64,000 bases of DNA from Eledone cirrhosa (GCA_964016885.1 OZ024756.1:38378001-38442000), one strand, 5' to 3'. Shown: positions 37,421 to 52,712, counted from the stretch's first letter. Translations and numbers: made by a program. Notes: a model not told the origin generated them from the letters alone.

Positions 37421-39267
37421 CATCTGTATTTCTTGTTTGTGTATATTCACTTTTATGTTTCACCTGGTGTTGTAAACAACTGCTAGCTGTGGATTGCTGA
37501 CCAGCTTCATGATGGTTAGACAGGCATTTGTTTGGAGATCACTATTTCCAGACCCTCCCCAGTTTTCTGGGTGAGCTGTGCTACCCTAGAGAATGCTGCT
37601 CATGACCTCACCAAAGCATGCAACTATTTTGCCAAAAATTCAGCGACATTAAGTAGGTCTTTAGCCGCCCACACGCAGATCTGTGTGTGGGTGGATAATG
37701 AGGTGTTTTGAAAAGAAAAAAAAAAATACCTGAACAAATATAAAACTGATTTCCATTACATATATGAAATATTTGTTATGATTCACTTATCACGTGTGTG
37801 TAGTGACAAGAATGGACTGAGATCAAGTCACTTGCCAGGCAAGTACAACTCACAAGAAATATTACAACTAGATAAAAATTGAGTATGTATGTGTGTGTAT
37901 ATGTATATATATATAAATATATATACACATAGAGAGAGAGAGAGACAGATAGTGAGAGAAAGAGAGAGAGACATATATACACATATGGCAGGTAGATGCA
38001 CAGTAGTCTAGGTTTGTTGGAAACATTAGATTGTGGGGGAGGGACTTTTGTTCTTTAGACAATGGTAGCCATTGAAACTGAATGTGACAGAGATATAGAG
38101 TGGTGTATGAGACAGACAAAGAGAAAAACGGGTGTATGTAAGGTAGGCAGCCAGACACTGAGATGGTGAGTGAGGGTATGAGAGAGGGTTAAGGGTGTAT
38201 GTGGTGTCAAGTGAGTAAATATGACACACACACAGGGTGTCCCCAAATACTTCATTTCACATGACACCAATCTACTCAGCTGACAATTAGGAAGGGCATC
38301 CACCTGTAGAAACCAAGCCAAAATCAGTTTGTGTGTGAACGAACCATGGTCCTTTGACCTGGATCTCTCAGCAACAACTGGGGTGATTAACATTTTTCTT
38401 ACCAGATTTATAATGAAATACATTCCTATGTGTATCAATATATTTTGAAAATTTGAAGAATTTAATGATAGCTAACATCCATTTGAATCAATAATTGACA
38501 AACATTTTTTAAAATATGATGGAAAGTTTTGATATAAGTATGAACATTTTAAAATGAGCAGTTTTGGTTTCAAAAGGGTTAAATTTGTGGTGGACTGGCA
38601 ACTTATCCAGGAGAAGTCTCACACTTTCATTCTCTAACTTTTTATCATTTACATTATTCTATATTTACTATTGTATTTCCATGGTAAACACTTTATCTCT
38701 CATAAATATCTCGCATAATATCGAAACTACAAGATTTTGATATCTATTTTGAGAAGAATACCTTAACATAAGTTACGACCCCTTGGAAAGGTTAATATAA
38801 GCATGAACATGTTAAAACGAGCAGTTCTGGTTTCAGACAGTTTGGTATCAAAAGGGTCAAATCTGTCATGGACTGACATCCTATCCAGGGGGAAGTTTCA
38901 TACTCACATTCTCTAAACACTGAGATAATCTCTGGGCTTGGGACAAAGGCTCATCAGGCATATTGTACCCGTTTGATAGGTGAAGTCACAACCAGTGAGA
39001 AAGGTCAATTTTGGGAGGGGAGAAATGTCAAAGAAAACAATGCCACACATTTCATTTAAATACCATAAATAATAGTTGAAGTAATTAAATATTTTAAGTG
39101 GCTAATTAACCGACAATAGATGACAACAGTCCATATATAACAATGTTACATACATACATACATATATATATATACATCTATGTGTGTGTGTGTATATATA
39201 TATACATCCATGTGTATATGTATGTATACACAGATACATGTATCAAATACATGACATGTAGGAACAT

Positions 39268-39452
39268 AATTGTTTATACATTTTGGCACAAGGCCAGCAA
39301 TTACCCAGTGCATTACTGGTACTTTATTTTATCGACCCCATAAGGATGAAAGGCAAAGTTAACCTCGGCGGGATTTGAACTCAGAATGGCAAGGGCCGTA
39401 ACTATGCATCAAAGCATGGCGTCAGACCCTCTACCGATACTGCCAATCCACC
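39268..39452 (-). mobile_element. tRNA-derived SINE, full length
   Basis: Same family as 48406. Confidence 0.88.
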
Positions 39453-40928
39453 TAATAACATAATGATATTACACATGTATGCTACACATATATACATACA
39501 CATGTATGCTACACATATATACATACACATGTATGCTACACATATATACATACACATGTATGCTACGCATATATACTACACACATACATACACATGTATA
39601 TTACACATATACATACACATGTATATTACACATATACATACACATGTATATTACACATATACATACACATGTATATTACATGTATATTACACATATACAT
39701 ACACATGTATATTACACATATACATACACATGTATATTACACATATACATACACATGTATATTACACATATACATACACATGTATATTACGTGTATACTA
39801 CACATATACATACACGTGTATATTACACATATACATTTTATGGACAAAACCAACCGGCAGAAGACCCACCTCGTGCAAGATGGTTCGATAACATCCATAA
39901 GCTTCATTTGAGACCAAGCTGAATCAATTGGAGACGGTTGCTTCTGACAGGACCCCCTAGAAATAGTGTTTGAAGACTCTGCCCCCACGACCCTCACAGG
40001 ACCCACTAGAAATAGTATTTGAGGACTCTGCCCCCACGACCCTCTCAGGAATAAGTGATGTGAAAAAGAGCATATTTTTTTTTTATGTCCTTGCGAAAGA
40101 AGTGCCCACAAAAAATGTTCAAACAAGATCTATTTATTGTCAATGATAACCACATACACAGTCGGGGAAGGGAACCCTTTCAAGTCTGGCCCTCACCCTA
40201 ACAAGTAGATATGCAATGAAGCAATGAACCCAGTGAGTTTAACGAGACATATTGTCAATTACAGCAAATAATTATCCATTAATCAGAAGAGAAATATTTT
40301 TAAACTAGATTTTTATACTGTAATCTGTCAGGCGGGAATGTTTAACAAAACTAAACTGACATATTTAGGGAGAGAGGGGGAGGTGGAGTGAGAGATAGAG
40401 AGACAGAGAGAGAATGAGAGGTAGAGGGAGTGAGACAGACAGAGAGATAGAGAGACAGACAGACAAAGAGAGAATGAGAGAGAGTGAGAGAAGGAGTGAG
40501 ACAGAGAGAGAATGAGAGATAAAGAGAGTGAGACAGACTGAGAGAGATAGAGATAGAGGGAGTGAGAGAGATAGAGATAGAGGGAGTGAGAGAGATAGAG
40601 AGAGTGAGAGAGACAGAGAGATAGAGGGAGTGAGACAGTGAGAGTGAAAGCGAGACAGACGGAGACAGGGAGGGAGCAGAGAGATAGACAGACAGGCAGG
40701 CAGAGAGAATGAGTGAGAGGGGGGGGGGGTCATATAAAAAAAAAAAACCGCTGCAATAATGTAACAATCGTACAAAATAATATATATTTGTTCAATTAAA
40801 AGAAAAGGACGACCTATGAAGGACAGCAGCAGATACCCGAGAGATATTTACCATCCCTCCACACTAATTAAACTAAACAAATAAAATTAACAAACTATCA
40901 CAAATTAGGAAGTAGGCCCAACCTTTAG

Positions 40929-41079
<151 letters not shown>

Positions 41080-41129
41080 CGCGCCAATATCGGATAAGTA
41101 ACACAATTTATAGGACTGGAGTATAAAGA

Positions 41130-41312
41130 ATTGTTTCTACGTTTGGCACAAGGCCAGCAATTACCCAGTGCATTACTGGTACTTTATTTTATCGACCCCG
41201 TAAGGATGAAAGGCAAAGTTAACCTCGGCGGGATTTGAACTCAGAATGGCAAGGGCCGTAACTCCATGCGTCAAAGCATGGCGTCCGACCCTCTACCAAT
41301 ACTGCCAATCCA
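41130..41312 (-). mobile_element. tRNA-derived SINE, near full length
   Basis: Same family; flanked by AGTATAAA on both sides. Confidence 0.88.
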
Positions 41313-41319
41313 AGTATAA

Positions 41320-41396
41320 ATAATATAAGATCAAAAGATGGTTAAAAGAGTTCCATACATGGAACTCTTTTAACCATCTTTTGATCTTATATTATA
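41320..41396. repeat. Perfect hairpin, ~36-bp arms
   Basis: ataatataagatcaaaagatggttaaaagagttccat-ac-atggaactcttttaaccatcttttgatcttatattat. Confidence 0.9.
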
Positions 41397-41702
41397 TATC
41401 TATATATATATGTATATATCTATCTATATATATACATACACTACACACATATTTATAATTTCATTATTATTATATATACATACACATAAATATATATATA
41501 TATAAACACACACGACACATATCTCTACCTACACACATTACTCTCTTACCTGTTCCAGCCATCCGGCTGAGGCCATGCTGGGGCACCAATTTCATTGTTA
41601 TTATTATATATACATACACACATACACACATAAATATATATATATATATTTATGATACCATCACACCATAAACACAGAGCTGGCAAATCTAAGAACTGAC
41701 TA

Positions 41703-41760
41703 ATTGCCTGATGAGGTCATAGCCATTCAATGGCTATCATCGAAATATATATAGCAGTAA
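41703..41760 (+). ncRNA. Minimal type I hammerhead ribozyme (Penelope-like)
   Basis: Stem I attgc/gcagt; core CTGATGA (41708-41714); stem II GGTCATAGCCAT-TCA-ATGGCTATCATC; GAAA; stem III T-[ATAT]-A; cleavage triplet AUA; followed by AATAAA. Confidence 0.7.
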
Positions 41761-42220
41761 ATAAAGGATTATGAATTCATGCAATTGACTTGTTTCGTCA
41801 CTATATATATCATCATCATCGTTTAACGTCCATCTTCCACACTTGCATGGGTTTGGACGGGAGTTTTCCCACTTGAGGCAAGATTGGTTGTCTTGCTCGC
41901 ATAGGACTGTCTGGCGGGTTTTCTATGGCTGGATGCCCTTCCTAACACCAACCACGTTTACAGTGTGGACTGGGAGGTTTTTACCGTGTTACCTACATGG
42001 CCACATTACAGCGTGGACTGCGTGTTTTTTTGTCGTGACACCTACACGACCTCATTTGTTTCGGACTGGATGTTGTGGTACCAACATAACTTTACATTGA
42101 AAGGGGTGGTGTGGATGGGGTGGGGGTAGTGGGACGGGTGTTATATATATATATACACACACACATCTATACCCACACACACACATACATATATATATAT
42201 ACATACATATATATATATAT

Positions 42221-42276
<56 letters not shown>

Positions 42277-42419
42277 GAAAGGTATAGAAAACATTGTAGC
42301 AAGATATATATATATATGCATACAACAATGGAAATAACTATCAAAAATCCACCCTAACCGACACGATGACTAAGTTCAACTGTAAAATTTAATAGAACCG
42401 GTTTTCTTTTATTTGGAAA

Positions 42420-42511
42420 TATCTCTCTCCCTCTCTTTGTGTATATATGTCTCTCTCTTTGCCTGTATGTATCTCTCTCTCTCTCTCTCTTTGCCTCTGT
42501 GTCTGCATGTA

Positions 42512-42542
<31 letters not shown>

Positions 42543-42875
42543 GTCTCTCTCTTTGCCTCTGTGTGTGTGTGTCTCTCTTTGCCTCTGTGTATATATGTCT
42601 CTCTCTCTTTGCTTCTGTGTGTGTATATGTCTCTCTCTTTGCCTCTGTGTGTATATATGTCTCTCTCTTTGCCTCTGTGTGTGTGTGTCTCTCTTTGCCT
42701 CTGTGTATATATGTCTCTCTCTCTTTGCTTCTGTGTGTGTATATGTCTCTCTCTTTGCTTCTGTGTGTGTATATGTCTCTCTCTTTGCCTCTGTGTGTAT
42801 ATATGTCTCTCTCTTTGCCTCTGTGTGTGTGTGTCTCTCTTTGCCTCTGTGTATATATGTCTCTCTCTCTCTTTC
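42420..42875. repeat. Degenerate CT/GT-rich ~30-bp repeat (CTCTTTGCCTCTGTGTGTATATATGTCTCT)
   Basis: Direct reading. Confidence 0.85.
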
Positions 42876-44069
42876 CCTCTGTGTAACTGTCTCTCCCCCC
42901 TCTCTCTCTATATATGTATGTCTTTCCCTCATCTGTCGTGTCCTGTCCTGTTCAGTTTTGTTGAACACCACCACAGAGAAGTCTGTTGGAATGTTGATAA
43001 GTGTTTCATGAATTGGTTAATGGGGTAATACACACACACACACACACACACATTGATATATATACATACATACACACACACACACATACACACACACACA
43101 CACACATTGATATACAATATATATAAATATACATATATATAGACAGACATATATATAAGCAAAGAGATATTTAATTTGTTGGTAATTCCACATATATTTA
43201 TAACAGATTCGAAGCACTCAACAGCTTTTCTGGAGTATAATATCAATGATATTAAATAAATGGAAACTATATTTATAAAACCATATTTATTCTATTATAT
43301 ATATTTCAAGGGTACCAAAACTTTGGTACACACTCATCAGATAAAATACAAAATTTGTTTTATAAATATTGACAAACCCAGGAATCAGGTCTTAACTGTT
43401 AAGGTCGGATTCGTGAGTAGTCATATATAAGAGAGATAGCTAGATAACAGCTGAGAGTATGTATATGAAGGTGTGGTGTGAGAATATATATAAATAGTCG
43501 GGACCTGACCTACAGCTGAGCTCTTGCCGTTTCAACAGCTAGATAGATAGATAGATACAGTTGAGAGCAATACAGTATGTATATGAAGGTGTGGTGTGAG
43601 AATATATATAAATAGTCGGGACCCGACCTACAGCTGAGCTCTTGCCATTTCAACAGCTAGTTCTAGTCTGGAACTAGAGATAGATAGATAGATAACAGTT
43701 GAAAGTAATTCAGAATGTATATGAAGGTGTGGAGTATATATATATAGGGTGTCCCCCAAAAATGTATACACACTTTCATTACCTGTACTGGTAATATTTA
43801 TTCAAATGCTGTTAAAGTATTGGAGGGGGGGGGGGGGGACACCCTGTATGTATATATATGTATATATATATATATTATAAAGAGTCAGGACCCAACGGCT
43901 GAGCTCTTGCTGTTTCAACAGCTAGTTCCAGTATTGGACAAGCCCTTGAAACGCAAGAGCTCAGCCGTCCGTCGGGGTCCCAACTTTATAATATAGCCAT
44001 ACTCTACTATCTCAAATATTGAGTACTCTGGTGAGTAATGGTCCAACCAGTTTTAAACTGGCTTTATCT

Positions 44070-44111
<42 letters not shown>

Positions 44112-44647
44112 GAAGAGCATCCAGTTGTAGAAACCAAGCCAAAATCAGTTCTGTATAAGCAAGGATGGTCACCTGACCTGGCATTGCTATCAACAGGACG
44201 ACTCGTCCAACTCATGCTAGCGTGGAAGAATGGACGTCAAATGGTATGCGTATGCCTGTGAAGTATTTAGATCAATTGAAACGATTGTTTGAAATTCAAA
44301 AATAAGACTACACATTAGCTGATACATACAAATTAAGGGTAATTAAAGATTTAGTGTGTAAGAGTGATTAAATTGTAATTGCTTTTTAATTATCTGAGGC
44401 AAAAACAAAACATAAAAAAACAAAAATGCAATCACTGAATAAAACACACATTCCAGCAGACATATTGATTCCAACCTATATATATTGATACCTGAAGAGC
44501 ACAGTGTGATAGGAAAGGAAGGAGCTGATCGTCAAATTGGATCAAGGAGACAAAGTTTCCATTAGTCTTTCCATTGCTGATACTATCTGTCAGTCCCTCA
44601 CAATTCCTGATAGAAGGAGCCTGGATTTGATGTTTGTAGAGTGCAAT

Positions 44648-45913
44648 GGTCTGGAACCAATACTGTATGGTGTTTAATATAATGCCATAAAGACTGACAA
44701 TTGGTCTGGAACCAATACTGTATGGTGTTTAATCTGATGCCATAAAGACTGACAATTGGTCTGGAACCAATACTGTATGGTGTTTAATCTGATGCCATAA
44801 AGACTGACAATTGGTCTGGAACCAATACTGTATGGTGTTTAATCTGATGCCATAAAGACTGACAATTGGTCTGGAACCAATACTGTATGGTGTTTAATCT
44901 GATGTCATAAAGACTGACAATTGGTCTGGAACCAATACTGTATGGTGTTTAATCTGATGTCATAAAGACTGACAATTGGTCTGGAACCAATACTATATGG
45001 TGTTTAATCTGATGTCATAAAGACTGACAATTGGTCTGGAACCAATACTGTATGGTGTTTAATCTGATGTCATAAAGACTGACAATTGGTCTGGAACCAA
45101 TACTGTATGGTGTTTAATCTGATGTCATAAAGACTGACAATTGGTCTGGAACCAATACTGTATGGTGTTTAATCTGATGCCATAAAGACTGACAATTGGT
45201 CTGGAACCAATACTGTATGGTGTTTAATCTGATGTCATAAAGACTGACAATTGGTCTGAAACCAATACTGTATGGTGTTTAATCTGATGCCATAAAGACT
45301 GACAATTGGTCTGGAACCAATACTGTATGGTGTTTAATCTAATGCCATAAAGACTGACAATTGGTCTGGAACCAATACTGTATGGTGTTTAATCTAATGC
45401 CATAAAGACTGACAATTGGTCTGGAACCAATACTGTATGGTGTTTAATCTGATGTCAAAGACTGACAATTGGTCTGGAACCAATACTGTATGGTGTTTAA
45501 TCTGATGTCATAAAGACTGACAATTGGTCTGGAACCAATACTGTATGGTGCTTAATCTAATGCCATAAAGACTGACAATTGGTCTGGAACCAATACTGTA
45601 TGGTGTTTAATCTAATGCCATAAAGACTGACAATTGGTCTGGAACCAATACTGTATGGTGTTTAATCTGATGTCATAAAGACTGACAATTGGTCTGGAAC
45701 CAATACTGTATGGTGTTTAATCTGATGTCATAAAGACTGACAATTGGTCTGGAACCAATACTGTATGGTGTTTAATCTGATGCCATAAAGACTGACAATT
45801 GGTCTGGAACCAATACTGTATGGTGTTTAATCTAATGCCATAAAGACTGACAATTGGTCTGGAACCAATACTGTATGGTGTTTAATCTGATGCCATAAAG
45901 ACTGACAATTGGT
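44648..45913. repeat. 55-bp minisatellite GGTCTGGAACCAATACTGTATGGTGTTTAATCTGATGYCATAAAGACTGACAATT, ~23 copies
   Basis: Direct reading. Confidence 0.97.
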
Positions 45914-46123
45914 CGTCTACAGATATAGACAGCCAGACAGAGACGAGAGAGAGGCAGAAGCGAGAGAGACAAAAGAGAGGGAGACAAGACAGAATCAGTA
46001 TATCTGGAGAAAGCTATAAAGATATTAGATATAGGAGTAGGAGGTGGACATAGACAATATAGGTACACAGATAATGGTGACACAGGACTGGTGTACCAAG
46101 ATGTTGTGGCACAGCAAGTCTCT

Positions 46124-47212
46124 GGGGTGCCACTGTAGTTCTAGAACAGCCCATCATTGGGGTTCCACTGTAGTTCTAGAACAGCCCATCATTGGGGTGC
46201 CACTGTAGTTCTAGAACAGCCCATCATTGGGGTGCCACTGTAGTTCTAGAACAGCCCATCATTGGGGTGCCACTGTAGTTCTAGAACAGTCCATCATTGG
46301 GGTGCCACTGTAGTTCTAGAACAGCCCATCATTGGGGTGCCACTGTAGTTCTAGAACAGTCCATCATTGGGGTGCCACTGTAGTTCTAGAACAGTCCATC
46401 ATTGGGGTGCCACTGTAGTTCTAGAACAGTCCATCATTGGGGTGCCACTGTAGTTCTAGAACAGCCCATCATTGGGGTGCCACTGTAGTTCTAGAACAGC
46501 CCATCATTGGGGTGCCACTGTAGTTCTAGAACAGTCCATCATTAGGGTGCCACTGTAGTTCTAGAACAGCCCATCATTGGGGTGCCACTGTAGTTCTAGA
46601 ACAGTCCATCATTGGGGTGCCACTGTAGTTCTAGAACAGTCCATCATTGGGGTGCCACTGTAGTTCTAGAACAGCCCATCATTGGGGTGCCACTGTAGTT
46701 CTAGAAGAGTCCATCATTGGGGTGCCACTGTAGTTCTAGAAGAGTCCATCATTGGGGTGCCACTGTAGTTCTAGAAGAGTCCATCATTGGGGTGCCACTG
46801 TAGTTCTAGAACAGTCCATCATTGGGGTGCCACTGTAGTTCTAGAAGAGTCCATCATTGGGGTGCCACTGTAGTTCTAGAACAGCCCATCATTGGGGTGC
46901 CACTGTAGTTCTAGAACAGCCCATCATTGGGGTGCCACTGTAGTTCTAGAACAGTCCATCATTGGGGTGCCACTGTAGTTCTAGAACAGTCCATCATTGG
47001 GGTGCCACTGTAGTTCTAGAACAGTCCATCATTGGGGTGCCACTGTAGTTCTAGAACAATCCATCATTGGGGTGCCACTGTAGATAGTTCTAGAACAGCC
47101 CATCATTGGGGTGCCACTGTAGTTCTAAAACAATCCATCATTGGGGTGCCACTGTAGTTCTAAAACAGTCCATCATTGAGGTGCCACTGTAGATAGTTCT
47201 AGAACAGTCCAT
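46124..47212. repeat. 35-bp minisatellite GGGGTGCCACTGTAGTTCTAGAACAGYCCATCATT, ~31 copies
   Basis: Direct reading. Confidence 0.97.
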
Positions 47213-48405
47213 TGTAACATTGAACAGTCTGTGTAACTAGATATTTTACCAGTCAGATGTTGCCACAGGCCACTGTACACCATTATACAATGAAGTGTTG
47301 TAGTGTTGTGACCAGTCAGTACTTGATGCTGTTGGACGAGGGTTTTCTTTCGTCTGCTTCTTCTCCACATCAAACTCGGAGCATAATGATTGGAAGGGAA
47401 ATTTCTTAACAAATCGACCATGGTGTGTCCCAGGTCAGAAAGGGCAATATGAAGACATCTTTATACTTAACAAACCAGTTTTTACACATCAGAAGTGGAA
47501 TGAAAAAGAAAAAAAAACTTCAAAATCACTCATCTACTTGAAAAGATCAATTTCTGTGATTTACTGATTGCTGGTTGAAAAAGAGGGGATTAGACAGGCA
47601 TTAAAACAGGTTATTGTTTTATTCTTTTACTGGTTATATAGTCAAGAGACTGTAGCCATGATGGAGCAGCGCCTCAGAAGGATTTAGTAGATCATATTGA
47701 CCCCAGTACTTGCTTTTCAGGTTTGGGATTTCTTTTTTTTTATTTTGTCAAACCACAAAGTTACAAGACATAAACAAACAATAAACATCACACACACACA
47801 CAAAAACGGCATCTGACAATAGAAAATTTGCCAAACAAAGGGTTTCAGGTGTGTAAAAGACATAACAACCTCCTTAGTGCCAGTGCTGCTATAAAATATG
47901 CAGTGCGTTCTGTAGATTGTGGGAATATAAGCAAGATGCATCCCTTTGCCCATCTGAGAGATCAGTAGCTCTGTGATGACCCAGTCAATCCATGCTAGCA
48001 GGGAAACATTAACCCTTTAGCATTTAAACCAGCTATATCTGGCCAAAATTCTCTCACCTCTTTCTGTTCAAACTGTATACTTATGTTAAGGTATTATTCT
48101 CAAAATAAATAATATCAAAATCTCGTAAATTTGATATTAGGTAAGATTTTACTGTGAAAATACAATAGTATATATAGAGTAATGTAAATGATAAAGGGTT
48201 AACATCCTACACTACATGAAATTACATTAGTAAAATATTCTTGACAATTACAAAACAGCATCAAATGTAAATGCTACAGGGTTAAATGATTAGACACACA
48301 CATGAAGGGTTTCCATACAGTTTCCAACCAAGTTTCATTCACAAGGAACTGGTGAAACCATTAACAAAATAAATACCAGTAATATTATATTATTGATTAA
48401 TACAA

Positions 48406-48597
48406 GGCGGTGGATTGGCAGTATCGGTAGAGGGTCTGACGCCATGCTTTATAGCAAAGAGTTACGGCCCTTTATGGTCTGAGTTCAAATCCTGCCGAGG
48501 TTAACTTTGCCTTTCATCCTTATGGGGTCGATAAAATAAAGTACCAGTAATACACTCGGATAATTGCTGGCCTTGTGCCAAAAGTAGAAATAATTAT
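48406..48597 (+). mobile_element. tRNA-derived SINE, full length, with 14-bp target-site duplication
   Basis: A-box-like TGGCAGTATCGG, B-box GAGTTCAAATCC, central CCTTTCATCCTT..GGGGTCGATAAA domain; ATTATTGATTAATA at 48389-48402 and 48593-48606. Confidence 0.9.
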
Positions 48598-49419
48598 TGA
48601 TTAATAAAGTTGGAAATTTCAATCAATCTCGACTAACACATCTTACATGTGTATGTATGTGTGCACGCTCATGTGTGTGTGTAAACGTGTACTTGCTCAT
48701 GTGTATGTGTTAAGAGGTGTATATACGTGTGTGTTAACATGTGCATGTATGTGTGTTAACGTGTGCATGCTCATGTGTGTGTGTTAACGTGTGCATACTC
48801 ATGTGAATACAATCCAGTCACCAGACATGCCAGATGACACTCCCTTACAGTCTAATATGGTATGGTATGATTTCTATAGCTAAATGCCCTCCTTAAAGTC
48901 AACCACTTCATGGTATATACCAAGTGTGTTTTATCATGGCAAGGCCACGACTACCTCGGTAGGTCTAATAAATAAGTTAACAGTCACATACTGATTTTTT
49001 CATGTCATATTTCCTTGGAAAAAGATGGTAAAGGTTGTTTTTTTGTATTTCATTTTTTTTTTTTTTGTCACCAGAGGGCGATAAAAGTCTTTTATTGAGT
49101 TTGATAAAGTGGGAAAACTGGTTATAGCGTTTATTGTGTTTTCACAGTGTAGTAGTATAGTCTATAGTGACTAAGTAGGGTGATATTGTAAAGAACCACA
49201 TGTCTTACAGTTAGAGATATTCAGTGCACAATCATAAAGTCATGAATTCAATTCCTGGCGTACATTATGGCCCTGAACAAGACACTTTATTTTACGTTGT
49301 TACAGTCTTCTCAGCTGTAATTCAAAAGAACGATCCTGTCACATACGGTGTCATGTTGAATCTCCCTGAGAATTTAAGCTATGGTGCACGTTTTTGTGGA
49401 ATACTTAGCCACTTATAAT

Positions 49420-49604
49420 TGTTTCTTCTTTTGGCACAAGGCCAGCAATTATCCCAGTGTATTACTGGTATTTTATTTTATCGACAATGAAAGGATGAAA
49501 GGCAAATTTAACCTCGGCGGGATTTGAACTCAGATCATAAAGGGGCGTAACTATGCTGCAAAGCATGGCGTGCGACCCTCTACCAATACTGCCAATCCAC
49601 TACC
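49420..49604 (-). mobile_element. tRNA-derived SINE with 16-bp target-site duplication
   Basis: CTTAGCCACTTATAAT at 49404-49419 and 49605-49620. Confidence 0.9.
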
Positions 49605-49899
49605 CTTAGCCACTTATAATACAAAATGGACTGTATCTGGAATTAAAAAGGCCAGTCCTTGTAACATACAATGTCACTCTACAGCTACCTGAGTATTTAA
49701 GTTAGAGGTACACGTGTCTGCCGAATGCTAAGCCACTTACACTATAATACAAGATGGACTGTATCTGTAATTCAAAGAGCCAGCTTTTGTCGTATACTCT
49801 GTCACGCTGAATTAAAGTTAAGGATACACGTGTCTATGAAATGAATGATCGGTCATTTACACGTTAATTCCACGAGCAAACTGTTCCGTTGATCAAATA

Positions 49900-50170
49900 A
49901 CTGGAACACTCCTCATTGGAACCGACGAAGGTCCAAAATCATACAGGTCTAGAACACTCATCATTGGAACCGTCGTAGGTCCAACACACGCAAGTCTGGA
50001 ACACTCATCACGAGAACCGACGAAGATCCAACACACACAGGTTTGGATCACACATCACGAGAACCGACGAAGGTCCAACACAAGTCTGGAACAATCATCA
50101 CGAGAACCGACGAAGGTCCAACACAAGTCTGGAACAATCATCACGAGAACCGACGAAGGTCCAACACAGG
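49900..50170. repeat. ~43-48-bp tandem repeat GGAACACTCATCACGAGAACCGACGAAGGTCCAACACAAGTCT, ~6 copies
   Basis: Direct reading. Confidence 0.85.
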
Positions 50171-50646
50171 TCTACAATGACTCAATGTAATGATACAGAA
50201 ACAACTCAGTACCGAAACAGATGATTACATAATCGGATCGTAGACAGCCGAGCTCACCAGATTCTCCGTGTAATGGGGTTTGCTTTCTTCCCTTTGATAA
50301 ATATGGTTTGGGAAGTAATGATTATTTATGTTTGTCTATCGGTCTGTCTATATATTTATCTGACAGTCATTTCGCCCGACTATAAATCAGAAACCAATAT
50401 TACTCTATCACATTAGACTTTCCAACCTATCTATCTATCTATCAGACTGTATCCCGGAGAAGGTGAGAGACAGACAGACAAATATAAAGGGAGATGTAGT
50501 TACATATGGAAAGAGGGATAAGGGAAATAAATAAAGGGACAATGACTATCTAATCTGCCTGTCCCTCTCTCTCTGTCCATCAGTCATTCCGCACCGGCTA
50601 TAAACCATTTGCACCAATACTACCGTGTCTTATCGTATTAAATAGA

Positions 50647-51028
<382 letters not shown>

Positions 51029-51495
51029 CATTTCTCCCGTATCATATAAAATATAAACAATACTACCGTATGTTCATGCCATTCCTTCCCTTATCTTTTG
51101 TACGTTATATAAATAGGGAGAGGAGAAGAAGGTGGCAGCGGTTTAATAAACCATCACCACCATAGATGAGATATTGAGAGAGGATGAGAGGAAAGAAGAA
51201 GGTTAACGGAACTGAAGTTTAAGAAGAATGTACAATACTATATGTGTATATGGAGAGGAGAGAATAAAGAGGTAAATACGAGAGACTAAGGGTATACATA
51301 GAGAAGCCAGTCACACATAGAGAGAGAGACAAACACATAGGTGTAGTTATACATGGAGAGAGTGAGAGAAGACACACACACACACATATGTGTATGTGTG
51401 TGTGTGAAAAATTCCCCAAGTATCGAGTACTCTGGTGAGTAATGGTCTAACTGGTTTTTAACGCCTCCATTCTGATATGTGTGTGTGTGTGTGTG

Positions 51496-51535
<40 letters not shown>

Positions 51536-51677
51536 AAAAGAGTCAGGACCCCGACGGCTGAGCTCCGGCCGTTTCGACGGCTATTTCTGATATATATAAT
51601 ATTAATGATACTCCAGATAAATCTTGTAGAGTGCTTCTAATCTATTGTAAAATTACCTTCGTTGAATAATCAACAAA

Positions 51678-51734
<57 letters not shown>

Positions 51735-51967
51735 GGTGGATTCAGTTTGAAACTGGTTAGACCATTACTCAAGAGAGTACTTGATACTTGGGGTAGTAGA
51801 GTATGATTATATTATAAAGAGACTAGACCCCGACGGCTGAGCTCTTGTCGTTTCAACAGCCGCCAGGGTCCAGACTCTTTATTATATATATATATAAACA
51901 GATAGATAGATATAGATCAAAACTAGTGAGATATACAAAGGAGTGAGTAATTAGATAAACAGAAAAT

Positions 51968-51998
<31 letters not shown>

Positions 51999-52111
51999 AG
52001 AGAGAGGGAGAGAGGAAATGGCCAGAGAAAGTCCACAATTCTGGATTCATTAAGTCAGAGAGAACGACAGAATGACTACTAAATTATTTATGTTAAACAG
52101 TAGGATTTTCT

Positions 52112-52712
52112 CCAAACACCACCACTATATATACACAAGCACTATATATTTACTTTAAACACCACCATTATATATACACATGTACTATATATTTACTTCA
52201 AACACCACCACTATATATACACAAGCACTATATATTTACTTTAAACACCACCATTATATATACACATGTACTATATATTTACTTCAAACACCACCACTAT
52301 ATATACACAAGCACTATATATTTACTTTAAACACCACCATTATATATACACATGTACTATATATTTACTTTAAACACCACCACTATATACACACACATGC
52401 ACTATATATTTACTTTAAACACCACCACTATATAGACACATGCACTATATATTTACTTCAAACACCACCACTATATACACACATGTACTATATATTTACT
52501 TCAAACACCACCACTATATACACACATGTACTATATATTTACTTCAAACACCACCACTATATACACACATGTACTATATATTTACTTTAAACACCACCAC
52601 TATATATACACACATGTACTATATATTTACTTTAAACACCACCACTATATATACACACATGTACTATATATTTACTTTAAACACCACCACTATATACACA
52701 CACAGGCACTAT
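52112..52712. repeat. ~43-45-bp minisatellite AAACACCACCACTATATACACACATGTACTATATATTTACTTY
   Basis: Direct reading. Confidence 0.9.

Noticed and set aside
48406-48500. tRNA genes
   Set aside because: A/B boxes belong to SINE heads; no cloverleaf.
50246-50330. Possible exon ending at a GTGAGC donor (minus strand) in intron 1
   Set aside because: No clear acceptor or Ig-like reading frame.
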